From contig CBDBCZ010000019.1 of the NCBI GenBank assembly GCA_965203295.1, positions 736,001 through 800,000 of the forward strand: DNA of 64,000 nucleotides, in the 5' to 3' direction. This stretch comes from Nitrospirales bacterium. Its GTDB lineage: Bacteria; Nitrospirota; Nitrospiria; Nitrospirales; UBA8639. Position numbers and translations under genes: made by a program. Positions 1 to 9,505 of the stretch are shown here, in pieces (within the stretch, counting starts at the first letter, position 1; every line of letters starts with the position of its first letter). The notes under the pieces were generated by a model, which searched no databases, was not told the origin of the DNA, and was given only the letters and a program-made list of their open reading frames with translations.

Positions 1-335
1 GAAATAATAAATGAATGATCAGCGTCAGCGACGGCGAGCAAGGCTTCGAGACGCCTCAGCACACGATCGGTTCGCCAGTCCTTGGCTAACTCCACGGCTG
101 CCCTTGTTAAATTACCTCGATATTCTTCTAATTTGACTTCAAATTTTTCAAAAAGCGTAAACGCATCAGCTGTCGCTCCCGCAAAACCAGCTAACATCTG
201 GTCGTGATGCATTCTCCGAAGCTTACGAGCATTGCTTTTCATGACGGTCGTTCCCACGGTTACTTGGCCATCGGATCCCATTGCAACCGTTCCAAGGCGT
301 CTTACAGAGAGGATAGTGGTTGATCGTATTTTCAT
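1..335 (-). CDS. hslV: ATP-dependent protease peptidase subunit HslV (5' part; runs off the window)
   Basis: Manual translation from ATG at 335 gives [38 protein letters not shown]...[19 protein letters not shown]...[19 protein letters not shown]. Fits the trmFO-xerC-hslV gene order. Confidence 0.93.
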   Translation of the reverse strand, partial: MKIRSTTILSVRRLGTVAMGSDGQVTVGTTVMKSNARKLRRMHHDQMLAGFAGATADAFTLFEKFEVKLEEYRGNLTRAAVELAKDWRTDRVLRRLEALLAVADADHSFII

Positions 336-351
336 GACGTTAGGTGATAGG

Positions 352-1317
352 TTACGGTCGTCGTGATGCCAATTTTCCTGAACGAGGGTGGGCCTGATCG
401 TAAACCTCCATGAGCCGATCGGTCGCGAGATGGGTATATTTTTGCGTTGTCGCTAATGAGGCATGACCTAACATTTCTTGAATCACACGTAAATCCGCTC
501 CTTCATCAAGAAGATGGGTGGCAAAAGAATGCCGGAGGACATGGGGTGAAACGGATCCTCCAGAAAGACGGAGGGAATACTTTTTCACAAGGCGTTCCAC
601 ACTTCGAGCCGACAACCGACCTCCGCGTAAGTTGCGGAACAGGGGATTCCCATGGGATTGCCTATCCACCTGTGAAAGGGATCCTTGTTTTTCTTCGTCT
701 TTTACTCTTTTAATCAGAGGAATCCGATCTTGATATTCCCGTATCGCGTCAATGGCTACGTTCCCAACAGGCACAACACGCTCTTTCTTCCCTTTGCCCC
801 GAAGTGTGACGATCCCCTCGGAAAGATTGATATCCTCGGTATTCATCCCTACCAACTCACTGACCCGTGCACCCGTAGAGTACAATGTTTCCATGATGGC
901 TCGATCTCGAATGGCTCCAAGAGATCCTTCCGAGGGGAATTCCATCAAACTGTTGGCATCATCTTTCGTCAGAACCTTTGGAAGATGGCTTCCGAGGCGT
1001 GGAGTCCGAACCTGTCCCGCGGGATTGACTGTTACTCGTCCTTCCTGGATTAAAAACCGATAAAAGCTCCGAAGTGACGAGAGCTTTCGTCCTAACGTGC
1101 TCTTCTTTTCTTGTCTATCTGATAACCATCCTAAAAAGCTTCGAATGGTCAGAATATCAATTTCCTGCGGCGAAGGGGAATGCGTATCCGAAGACCTAAG
1201 AGATCGAAGAAACGAGAGGAATTGTCGAAGGTCTGAACGATAACTGCGAATCGTCTCGCGTGAAGCCTCCCGCTCCAAATGAAGATGTGTCACAAACGCG
1301 CGAATTGCGTCTTCCAT
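352..1317 (-). CDS. xerC: Tyrosine recombinase XerC
   Basis: [49 protein letters not shown]; lies between trmFO and hslV. Confidence 0.9.
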   Translation of the reverse strand: MEDAIRAFVTHLHLEREASRETIRSYRSDLRQFLSFLRSLRSSDTHSPSPQEIDILTIRSFLGWLSDRQEKKSTLGRKLSSLRSFYRFLIQEGRVTVNPAGQVRTPRLGSHLPKVLTKDDANSLMEFPSEGSLGAIRDRAIMETLYSTGARVSELVGMNTEDINLSEGIVTLRGKGKKERVVPVGNVAIDAIREYQDRIPLIKRVKDEEKQGSLSQVDRQSHGNPLFRNLRGGRLSARSVERLVKKYSLRLSGGSVSPHVLRHSFATHLLDEGADLRVIQEMLGHASLATTQKYTHLATDRLMEVYDQAHPRSGKLASRRP

Positions 1318-2618
1318 GCATCAAACTCGCTCAAAGCCCTTTGTTGAATCATATGTCGCTTTTGGGCTTTATCACGCACGACTTGGGGAAGAGGGGGGAA
1401 CAGCCCGAAATTGGTATTGACGGGTTGGAAATACCGAGCATCGCTCGTGGTGATGTAGTGAATCAATGCTCCATGAGCCGTTTCGGAAGGAGGAACGACA
1501 CAGGGTTGCCCGGCGAGGGTTCGGGCCGCATTGATGCCAGCTAATCCTCCTGTTGCTGCGGATTCTACATACCCCTCTACGCCAATCAGACATCCGGCTA
1601 AGAACATGGTATCTCGCATCTTTAATTGCAATGTGTTCTTGAGGAGGTGAGGAGAATTGACGAAGGTATTGCGATGAATACTCCCATACCTCAAAAACTC
1701 TGCTTTCTCCAAACCGGGGATCATTTGAAAAATACGTCGCTGTTCGGGATACGTGAGCTTTGTTTGAAATCCCACCATGTTATAACAAGAACCATGACGA
1801 TTTTCTGCCCGTAATTGCAAGACCGCATGAGCTTGTTTTCCCGAATGAGGAACTTGAAGCCCCACTGGTTTCATCGGGCCATAAAGCAGAGTTTGACGTC
1901 CTCGGTCAGCCATCACCTCGACTGGGATGCAGCTCTCGAAATAAGGAATCTTTTCAAAGTCTTTGGACACAACTTTCTCGGCGCCGACCATGGCATCGTA
2001 AAAGTTATTATACGTGTTCTCATCCATCGGACAATTCAGGTAATCAGGACCTCCTTTGTTATAACGAGATGCCCGGAAGGCCACGTTCATATCGATGGAT
2101 TCGGCATCAATGATAGGGGAAATGGCATCGTAAAAGGCCAAGTGCTTGATGCCTGTAATGTTGCCTAAGGATTTTGCTAATTGGTCAGAAGTCAGGGGGC
2201 CTGTTGCCACAATACACAACCCATCATTGGGAATATCTGCTATTTCCTCTCGAATGATCTGAATATTGGGATGCCCCTCTAATGTTCGCGTGATGTATTG
2301 TGCAAACACTTCACGATCGACCGCCAAGGCTGTTCCAGCTGGAACTCGAGCCTCTTCTGCCGCACGAATGATTAAAGAATTTAAGCGGCGCATTTCCTCT
2401 TTGAGAATGCCTGGCGCACTCGTCTCTTCACCGGAACCCAGGGAATTTGAACAAACCAATTCAGCTAAATAGCTTGTCTTATGGGCTGGTGTTCCCTCTT
2501 TCGGACGCATTTCAAAAAGAGTCACTCTTGCACCATAATTAGCGGCCTGCCAAGCCGCCTCGGAGCCCGCCAGGCCTCCTCCAACAATGACCACATTATC
2601 CTGCATGAGCTGACGCAT
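1290..2618 (-). CDS. trmFO: tRNA (uracil-54) methyltransferase TrmFO (Gid)
   Basis: GGGLAGSEAAWQ, AELVCSNSLGS, GFQTKL, RYGSIHRNTF, GVEGYVESAA. Confidence 0.95.
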   Translation of the reverse strand: MRQLMQDNVVIVGGGLAGSEAAWQAANYGARVTLFEMRPKEGTPAHKTSYLAELVCSNSLGSGEETSAPGILKEEMRRLNSLIIRAAEEARVPAGTALAVDREVFAQYITRTLEGHPNIQIIREEIADIPNDGLCIVATGPLTSDQLAKSLGNITGIKHLAFYDAISPIIDAESIDMNVAFRASRYNKGGPDYLNCPMDENTYNNFYDAMVGAEKVVSKDFEKIPYFESCIPVEVMADRGRQTLLYGPMKPVGLQVPHSGKQAHAVLQLRAENRHGSCYNMVGFQTKLTYPEQRRIFQMIPGLEKAEFLRYGSIHRNTFVNSPHLLKNTLQLKMRDTMFLAGCLIGVEGYVESAATGGLAGINAARTLAGQPCVVPPSETAHGALIHYITTSDARYFQPVNTNFGLFPPLPQVVRDKAQKRHMIQQRALSEFDAWKTQFARL

Positions 2619-2780
2619 CCTCTCGGATTTTCAGAAAAGAGGAATTCTAGGAGCCAGGAAAAATCCTGTCAAGGAAGAGGGGAAAAGGGTTTGGAATCTA
2701 AGAATCGAGATGAAAGAAACTGCCTCTTAATATCTGAAGTACCTATTCCGTGAAAAGGTCATTTTTTTATTAAATCCTTA

Positions 2781-2969
2781 GCGGGGTTTCGCCCCCGTAC
2801 GACGAGGTCCTTTTGTTTCGGCAAAAGGACCCAAAACCATTCCTGCCCGTGCGCGGCCCTGTGGGTTCCTTCGCCCCGGACCGAATCTCATGGCTGCGGA
2901 ACTCGCTTCGCTCAGACAGTCCTCGCCGAATTGTCGAATTCGGTACCATGGCTCAGCCGCGCCTAAGGC
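2781..2969 (+). repeat. Structured dispersed repeat, copy 1
   Basis: Shares CGAGGTCCTTTTGTTTCGGCAAAAGGACCCAAAACCATT and GGCTGCGGAACTCGCTTCGCTCAGACAGTCCTCGCCG with the copies at ~3.7, ~30.7 and ~41.9 kb. Confidence 0.9.
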
Positions 2970-3465
2970 TCTGGATCGAGAGAAAATTAATGAATTCCCT
3001 ATGGGTCATGATCCTAGTGCCGCTTGCTTTTTCAAGTTTATCGCGCCGTTCATTATTCATGAAAGCATGTTGGTCATTAGACACGAAGACATCACGTTGC
3101 TCCCGGATATGAGCCTCCAAGATCATAGCATCGCGGAGTTGTTGTTTCTGACCTTCTGTCAACGCGTATCGTCTGTCAGGCTTTGGAAAGGATCCGGAAG
3201 AAATAATTGCGAGAATGTTTTCCAAATCCAGAGTGCTAGCTGTGGAAGCGGATTCCAGCGCCCATTCGCCTTCATCCCAATTCGATTCATCCCACACGAC
3301 TCTCTCGGGTACTACTTGAAGCGGGGTAATAGAAACCTCAAAGCTAGTGTCACGTACTTCGCGAGCCGTTACGGACACGATGGCAAACTCAACGTCACAG
3401 CCATTTGTTCGCTCGATCAGATCGTCTGCTGGAAGCACGTTGGTATCAAGTGTAACTCTAAGCAT
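2953..3465 (-). CDS. PIN-domain-like protein (putative nuclease/toxin); stop codon lies inside repeat copy 1
   Basis: N-terminal VTLDTNVL and C-terminal RDAMILEAH...DVFVSND acidic motifs typical of the PIN fold. Confidence 0.6.
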   Translation of the reverse strand: MLRVTLDTNVLPADDLIERTNGCDVEFAIVSVTAREVRDTSFEVSITPLQVVPERVVWDESNWDEGEWALESASTASTLDLENILAIISSGSFPKPDRRYALTEGQKQQLRDAMILEAHIREQRDVFVSNDQHAFMNNERRDKLEKASGTRIMTHREFINFLSIQSLRRG

Positions 3466-3486
3466 CAGTACTCATAATCCGGGGTG

Positions 3487-3562
3487 GTCTAACGCCGCGC
3501 ATCAATTGCTCCGGCCAAGGATGCCGTTAATATCGATCGTAGGCATCTAACTACAGATTATC
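3487..3562 (-). other. Integron att-like remnant: two GTTRRRY cores upstream of the PIN gene
   Basis: Minus strand reads GATAATCTGTA-GTTAGAT (3551-3545) ... GCAATTGATGCGCGGC-GTTAGAC (3493-3487), 21 bp before the ATG. No complete attC palindrome is visible. Confidence 0.35.
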
Positions 3563-3640
3563 TTTTCTGTATAAGTCCCTGAATCTTCTACTTGCACAGT
3601 ATATGCTGCTCAAATGGGTCTGACAATGAAGGAGAATTCT

Positions 3641-3844
3641 CGCCTTTGGTGTGGCCGAGAAGCACAGCGGACTCCGGAAGAACGGCGAGGACTGTCTGAG
3701 CGAAGCGAGTTCCGCAGCCGCCGGAGTCCGTGAGCATCGCAGGGAACCCGAAGGCCTTAGGCTGAGGGCCATACCAAGGCGAAAATGGTTTTGGGTCCTT
3801 TTGCCGAAACAAAAGGACCTCGACTGCCGTGGCGAAACCCGGCA
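3641..3844 (-). repeat. Structured dispersed repeat, copy 2 (inverted relative to copy 1; most divergent)
   Basis: Reverse complement carries the same two conserved cores, with different but still complementary stems. Confidence 0.9.
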
Positions 3845-3848
3845 TCAA

Positions 3849-4691
3849 CTATGATTTTAATCCCAACCCACTTGCGAGGGGTTCTAATGCTTGGATCACC
3901 CGGTCGTGACAAACTCCGTTCGATGCTACGAGACCTGTTCTGTTCTTCAAATTACCTTCTCCATACACTAACTCATTTCCCAATATATTAGTAAATCGAC
4001 CTCCTGCCCCTTTTATGATAGCCTCAGGACCACAAGAATCCCAGGCGCTGGTATAAGGACCTGGTTCCACATAGATATCTGCTTTCCCCTCAGAGATAAG
4101 ACCGATTTTTAACCCCACACTCCCACAGCGAATTTCTTTTCCAATTCCGAGACTATCCCGAACATCATCGATTTCTGCATGCCGGTGGGAACGTGATACC
4201 GCGAGACAACTATCTTGAGGTGAATTGATTGACGAGACAGACAAGATCTTGCTCTCCCCGGATATTTCGAGCCAGGCCTGGCCCTCGGTTAGACCACTGT
4301 AGAGAAGATGCCTGTCGGGACGATAGACGACCCCGAGCTGAGCTTGACCGTTGATGGCTAACCCAATCATCACGGAAAACTCTCCATTTTTGGCCACGAA
4401 TTCCCGAGTCCCATCCAACGGATCGACAAACCACACCCGTCCATTGGTTAGTGTCCCAGAAGGACGAGGGCTCTCCTCGGCAACCACCACATCTTGGGGG
4501 AAGGCCTTGTGCAGGCCCTGAACAATCATCTGATTGGCTAGCCTGTCTGCCTCTGTGACAGGGTCGCCAATACCCTTGAAGTCCACGATAAAGTCCGTGG
4601 CGTATATTTCCATAATCCTTGTTCCGGCTTGCCGAGCGAGTGCTTTTGCCACCTGCAGTTCTTGAGAAAGATCTTGGATCGGCATGTTCAC
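3849..4691 (-). CDS. cysQ: 3'(2'),5'-bisphosphate nucleotidase CysQ / inositol monophosphatase family
   Basis: DPVTEAD, AEES, WFVDPLDGTREF, GSVGLK, SAWDSCGP. Confidence 0.85.
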   Translation of the reverse strand: MNMPIQDLSQELQVAKALARQAGTRIMEIYATDFIVDFKGIGDPVTEADRLANQMIVQGLHKAFPQDVVVAEESPRPSGTLTNGRVWFVDPLDGTREFVAKNGEFSVMIGLAINGQAQLGVVYRPDRHLLYSGLTEGQAWLEISGESKILSVSSINSPQDSCLAVSRSHRHAEIDDVRDSLGIGKEIRCGSVGLKIGLISEGKADIYVEPGPYTSAWDSCGPEAIIKGAGGRFTNILGNELVYGEGNLKNRTGLVASNGVCHDRVIQALEPLASGLGLKS

Positions 4692-4832
4692 GAGAATACC
4701 TCATGTTCAAGGACAACCAATACAAAGCTCCATCCTTTACGATCGTTCCTCGATCCATCTGGATCGCGTAACTCAAGAAGGATGTTGATATGTACCGTAT
4801 GCCTTTGTGAGCGTTTAGAAAACTCCAATCGC

Positions 4833-7800
4833 TCATGCACATTTCGGGATGGAACGAACGGACACCCCATCAAGAGTTTCCTGGAACCATTTGGAAACAT
4901 GAGGGTGGCATGTAAAAACCAAGATTTGATGCGTGACAGAAATCTCCCCGAAAACTTTTATCGCAGCTTTGGCGCGATTCGGGTCAAAATTGACAAAAAT
5001 GTCATCCACCACAAGAGGGAGAGGACCAGCGTGCTTGGCATACTCACGGACAAATGCCAAACGCATCGCCAGGTACAATTGCTCCGCGGTCCCTCTGCTG
5101 AGACGGTCGGTCGTTTGGGCTTTACCATTCGCGGTCTCAACTTCCAGGCGCATTTCTCCAAAAGGGACCATGACCCGAGTATACCGTCCGTTCGTCATGA
5201 TATTAAAAAACTTTGACGCTTCTCGCAGCACGGCTGGCTGTCGTTCTTTTTCATAAATTTGCCGAGCCTTCTCGAGTAGATATTGACAAATCGCTTTTGC
5301 CGCCCACCGTTGGGCTTGTTGATCCAATTGCGCCAGAAGCGACTGACGCTCTAACAACGTTGCTGAGAGTCGTTCTTTTTGCTCTAAATTTTGAATCTGC
5401 TGTTCAACTCGGCCTTTCTCCTGCAAATGTTTTGTGAGAATCTCCCCCAATCGCTGCTGTTCTTCCCTGTTAATATCCTCCAATTCTTGCTCCAATTCCG
5501 CTCTATTCCTTAAGGAAAGAATGCCTTCCATTTCTTGATACCGTTCCGGCGAGCCCACGTGAATCCGTAGTGCCACTTCAAGTTGGCGTTGCTGTCCTTG
5601 CAATTCAACCTGTCGTGCATGCAGGACAGCTCTTCTTCGAAATGTTTCGGGATCATGGGCTCCTCCAGCTTTAAGAAGTGCATTCAGTTGCTCAACAGAC
5701 CGCGCCTTTTCCGCTTTTCCTATTTCCAATTCTGAGAGTTTTTCCTTGATCATTTGGTTGAGCCGGTCAAGTTCTAAGCTTGCGCTCAAACTTTCATCTA
5801 GAGCCTTTCTGAGCGCCATCAAACTTGAGGGGGTATCCGCAAGACTGACCGGACTCCACCCACATTTTTGCAAAATGGAATTGATTTTGGTCGTGGTATC
5901 CTCAGCTTGTACCTCAAGTCGTTGAAGTTCTGAGGTCACGTCTCGCCACTCACCCAGTTGAACTTGAGCTCGCTCCGCTCCTGAAAGGACCTCCAAAGCT
6001 CCGTCTGGTGTCAGTTCTTCCGATAACCCCATTGAAGTCAGAAAGGTGGCCCATGCGTGTTGAGCGACATCACGACTTTGCTCGGCCTGCTTTCGGATTT
6101 TGCTGGCTGCTTCGCTCTTCTCTAGTACCTTCACCAATGTCTCTTCCTCAGCCTGAATCCTGAGGTTCAGGTCTTCTTGACGTTCAGTTAACCGCCGTTC
6201 AGCCTCCAGAGTACGAAAGGCAGCCTCCGCGGAATCTGGTCTACTGAGTTCTGTCCCCAGAGTATGCTGACTCAGCATGTTCATTTCTTTTTCAAGGCGC
6301 TGCTCTTCCTGATTCATCTGGCTCTGTTCTTGTTGAAGATCTTCGAGGCGGGTCAACAACATTTTAAAATGAGAACGGAGTTTATGAAGCCGTGCTTCGC
6401 GTTGACTGTGCAAATCATGCCGCCACCAGGCCAAAAGCCCGACAGCCAAAATTCCCGCTGTGGCCAAAATAATGGCACTGAAAAATTCTTGTTGGAATCC
6501 CGAGAATGTTGAGGGAATCACGAAGACGATACCCAAAATGACCAAGACCCAGGGGGAGAGGCCTTTTTGATTCTCTGTGATCACCATTTCTTTCTTGTGG
6601 GTAAGAATCTGTTCTTCCAACGCCGTGGCTTGACCTTGAACATCTTGATGATGTTGTTGGGCCAATTCCAATCTGTGTTGGAATTGAAACCATTGACGAA
6701 GAGCCTGTTCCCGTTCTTCCAGCGGAGGTCTGTCAGGCATTTGCAGGGAAGTTAAATATTCTAACTTCTCCTGAAGTCGTTCTAGTGCACTCTCTTTCTC
6801 TTTTCTTGTCTTATTAACCTCTTCCTGTGAACGAAGAGCCTCCAGTACTTCCTGCTTCTGAGAAACAAGCTCGTCCCGAAAACCTCGAATGCGCTCTCGA
6901 ATAGGGATTGTCGCCTCAAAACGATCCAATCGAGCATCGTTCCATGTTGGCCCAAGGCGAGTCAGAATTTCATCCAACACCTTTCGACGAAATGCCGCAC
7001 GAGAACGAAGGTCCAGCAAGGCTTCAAGGAGTCCATTTGATCGACCACGCAGTTCTTCTAAAGCCTCGATGTCTGCCTGATGGGCGAGGATTCTTGAGTC
7101 AGGACGCAATTCTTCTCGTCGTTCCTCAGCTTTGGCTATCGCCCGCTTCGTTTCATCAAGTCTGACTTCCACACTCGCTTCCGATCGGCTCAACTGTTCA
7201 AACCGTTCAACACCCCCAGCAGGAAAGCTTTCGACGGTCGGAAGATCTTTGAGTTCCTGTTGAACGACCTGAAGCCGTTCCCAGTCAGGCCTGGCCTTGA
7301 CCAAAGATTCCCCCCAATTGGCCTGCCTCTTGGCTTCTTCCAATTGTCTCTGATATTGCGAGATTTCTCGGTCCAAGACGACAAGACGGTCTCGAAGCCC
7401 GTAATAATCATCGGGGAGCGTTTGCAGCTCCCGAATGATGCCATGGGTCTCATCCAGTCGTTGAACCAATTGGTTAATGGCGGGTTTTTTCCCACCAGGC
7501 TTAAAGAGTTGACCTTGCTCATGTTCTAATGCATTCAGGACGGTGCTCAGGGGGGTGAGTCCGGTACCCATTCCCACTGTGTAAATATGATTATTCACTT
7601 CATCAGCTTGGAGAGTATCCAATCGTTCTAATTCACTAATCCCAAATGCAAAAACGTTGTGATAAAGAAATTTTGACGTTCCATACATCAGCTGTAGCAG
7701 TAACTCTTCATCTTTGGTTTCCTTAGGGTCAAGAACCGTCTGTTGAAAAGGAGACACATTTGTGACTTTGACTTGTCCACGAGACCCCGCGTCACTGCGG

Positions 7801-8057
7801 TCAACCCTGAACTGCTTGCCATCTTCGGTCATGACAACCAGTGTTCCGCCATGTCGACCGCCGCGAGCCGGTTCATAGCGGTTGTTTCCGCTTTTTCGGC
7901 CCTCAAAGCCAAATAATACGGCTCTGATAAAGGACATCAGAGTGGTTTTTCCGGCTTCATTGTATCCTTCAAAGACGGTAATGCCCGCGTTTAAATCCTT
8001 GAGGCTTATTCCATGAAAAATTCCAAATCCATCCAGAAACATTTCGGCGATTCGCAT
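4833..8057 (-). CDS. YhaN-like SMC/Rad50-type coiled-coil ATPase with a central hydrophobic segment
   Basis: Walker A GYNEAGKTT, signature LSRGTAEQLYLAMRLA, Walker B LVVDDIFVNFD, H-loop FTCH, long coiled coil. Confidence 0.85.
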   Translation of the reverse strand: MRIAEMFLDGFGIFHGISLKDLNAGITVFEGYNEAGKTTLMSFIRAVLFGFEGRKSGNNRYEPARGGRHGGTLVVMTEDGKQFRVDRSDAGSRGQVKVTNVSPFQQTVLDPKETKDEELLLQLMYGTSKFLYHNVFAFGISELERLDTLQADEVNNHIYTVGMGTGLTPLSTVLNALEHEQGQLFKPGGKKPAINQLVQRLDETHGIIRELQTLPDDYYGLRDRLVVLDREISQYQRQLEEAKRQANWGESLVKARPDWERLQVVQQELKDLPTVESFPAGGVERFEQLSRSEASVEVRLDETKRAIAKAEERREELRPDSRILAHQADIEALEELRGRSNGLLEALLDLRSRAAFRRKVLDEILTRLGPTWNDARLDRFEATIPIRERIRGFRDELVSQKQEVLEALRSQEEVNKTRKEKESALERLQEKLEYLTSLQMPDRPPLEEREQALRQWFQFQHRLELAQQHHQDVQGQATALEEQILTHKKEMVITENQKGLSPWVLVILGIVFVIPSTFSGFQQEFFSAIILATAGILAVGLLAWWRHDLHSQREARLHKLRSHFKMLLTRLEDLQQEQSQMNQEEQRLEKEMNMLSQHTLGTELSRPDSAEAAFRTLEAERRLTERQEDLNLRIQAEEETLVKVLEKSEAASKIRKQAEQSRDVAQHAWATFLTSMGLSEELTPDGALEVLSGAERAQVQLGEWRDVTSELQRLEVQAEDTTTKINSILQKCGWSPVSLADTPSSLMALRKALDESLSASLELDRLNQMIKEKLSELEIGKAEKARSVEQLNALLKAGGAHDPETFRRRAVLHARQVELQGQQRQLEVALRIHVGSPERYQEMEGILSLRNRAELEQELEDINREEQQRLGEILTKHLQEKGRVEQQIQNLEQKERLSATLLERQSLLAQLDQQAQRWAAKAICQYLLEKARQIYEKERQPAVLREASKFFNIMTNGRYTRVMVPFGEMRLEVETANGKAQTTDRLSRGTAEQLYLAMRLAFVREYAKHAGPLPLVVDDIFVNFDPNRAKAAIKVFGEISVTHQILVFTCHPHVSKWFQETLDGVSVRSIPKCA

Positions 8058-8060
8058 GGA

Positions 8061-9320
8061 TTATTCCTCTCCTGCCAACAGCCGATTCAAGCCTAACTGC
8101 TCAGATATTTGAATCCACTGGAGAATGTGCTCCTCACGTGGTCCGCCAAGATAGCGGTGCATTCTTGGGTCGTCATACAGTACTCCGACCACTTGGCGAA
8201 GTTCTTCCACAAGTGAAGGCGAATGCTCTCCCGCCAATCGCAAGAAGTCTCCAAGAAGATTTTCTTCTTGCCGAAGAGTTTGGATATCCACGTCTCGTGT
8301 GGTCAGATCGATCAACGATTCAGTCCAGACAAAACCTGATCCTGTTCCCCATTGGTCTCTTAATGTCGCGAGGAGATCTTCCAACCTACCTGGTCTTACC
8401 AATTTTCGGTGGAGAGAACCCCGGCCTTCCAATCTCCACCGAACCAATATCCCACGCCCCTCCCCCTGACGGCGAAGGTCTTGGAACCGATCGCCAAAGC
8501 GAGCCAGCAATTCTTCGAAATCCCTGAGGCCGTCAATGCTCAGACTTTCATCAAACCATCGAACGACATCCACGGGAACGAACTCAACTTGGGATCGCTC
8601 CTCAGCATTAACCTCGACCACGTAACATCCCCGTGGTCCGGATTCCCGAGGGTGTCTGCCCTGAGGATTCCCTGGATAAAGAATCACAGGATTGGCCTGG
8701 CGGAGGATCTTATGGGTATGAACATGACCCAGAGCCCAATAATCCATCCCAGTTTGCAACAGATCCTCTATCGTACATGGTGCATAATTCATGTGGTTGG
8801 TGTCTCCCCCAACATTCGCATGAAGGAGACCTATGGCCCAGGGAGCATCTTTTTCCTTCCGGAAAGTCCGAGCCAGATTGGTTGCGACATGATCAGTGTC
8901 ATAGCTGATGCCGTAGATCCTCGCAATTTCAAGGCCCTCTTCCACCACAGGTTTCGCTTCGACTTCATCGGACCCAAACACATAGACATTCTCCGGCCAG
9001 GTAAACTTAGCTCCCCAACCTGCTAAAGGATCATGATTTCCGTGGCAAAGGAAAACGGAGATGTCATGGTCCGCTAAGCGATAAAATTCGTTCCTCAACC
9101 TTGCCAGCGCACGAAGGCTTCGATCCGCGGCATCATGAATATCGCCAGCAATGACCAGAAAACTGGCTTCCCGCTTAATACAAAGATCGACAATACCCTC
9201 AACAGCCTTAAAAGTTGCTTCCCGCATGGTATTCTGGAGAGCAGGGGCTACCTCAGAAAGTCCTTTAAAAGGACTATCGACATGGAGATCGGCCGTATGG
9301 ACAAACCGGAACGGTTTCAT
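8061..9320 (-). CDS. YhaO/SbcD/Mre11-like metallophosphoesterase nuclease
   Basis: HTADLHVD, IAGD, GNHD, YWALGHVH, YPGNPQGR; 3 bp upstream of the ATPase gene. Confidence 0.88.
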   Translation of the reverse strand: MKPFRFVHTADLHVDSPFKGLSEVAPALQNTMREATFKAVEGIVDLCIKREASFLVIAGDIHDAADRSLRALARLRNEFYRLADHDISVFLCHGNHDPLAGWGAKFTWPENVYVFGSDEVEAKPVVEEGLEIARIYGISYDTDHVATNLARTFRKEKDAPWAIGLLHANVGGDTNHMNYAPCTIEDLLQTGMDYWALGHVHTHKILRQANPVILYPGNPQGRHPRESGPRGCYVVEVNAEERSQVEFVPVDVVRWFDESLSIDGLRDFEELLARFGDRFQDLRRQGEGRGILVRWRLEGRGSLHRKLVRPGRLEDLLATLRDQWGTGSGFVWTESLIDLTTRDVDIQTLRQEENLLGDFLRLAGEHSPSLVEELRQVVGVLYDDPRMHRYLGGPREEHILQWIQISEQLGLNRLLAGEE

Positions 9321-9505
9321 AGAACGAGCACTCTGATTGCTAAATGGGGAATCTCCCTTGTTGCTTGTTAAACGAGTTCACCCGCCTTCGCGCTCGCCGC
9401 TATAGGCTTTGGCGACGGCTGTTCACACATTGATCCACTCTCCCTAGCAGACTACTGCGGAGGATGGGCATTCGTAGCTTTTCGCCAAGATGGGTGAGGG
9501 AGTAC

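Noticed and set aside
352..1317. Phage or integron integrase for the nearby cassette-like gene
   Set aside because: The motifs and the trmFO-xerC-hslV context indicate chromosomal XerC.
9330..9500. tRNA or other ncRNA in the GC-rich intergenic region
   Set aside because: No cloverleaf, T-loop or CCA pattern; only weak hairpins.
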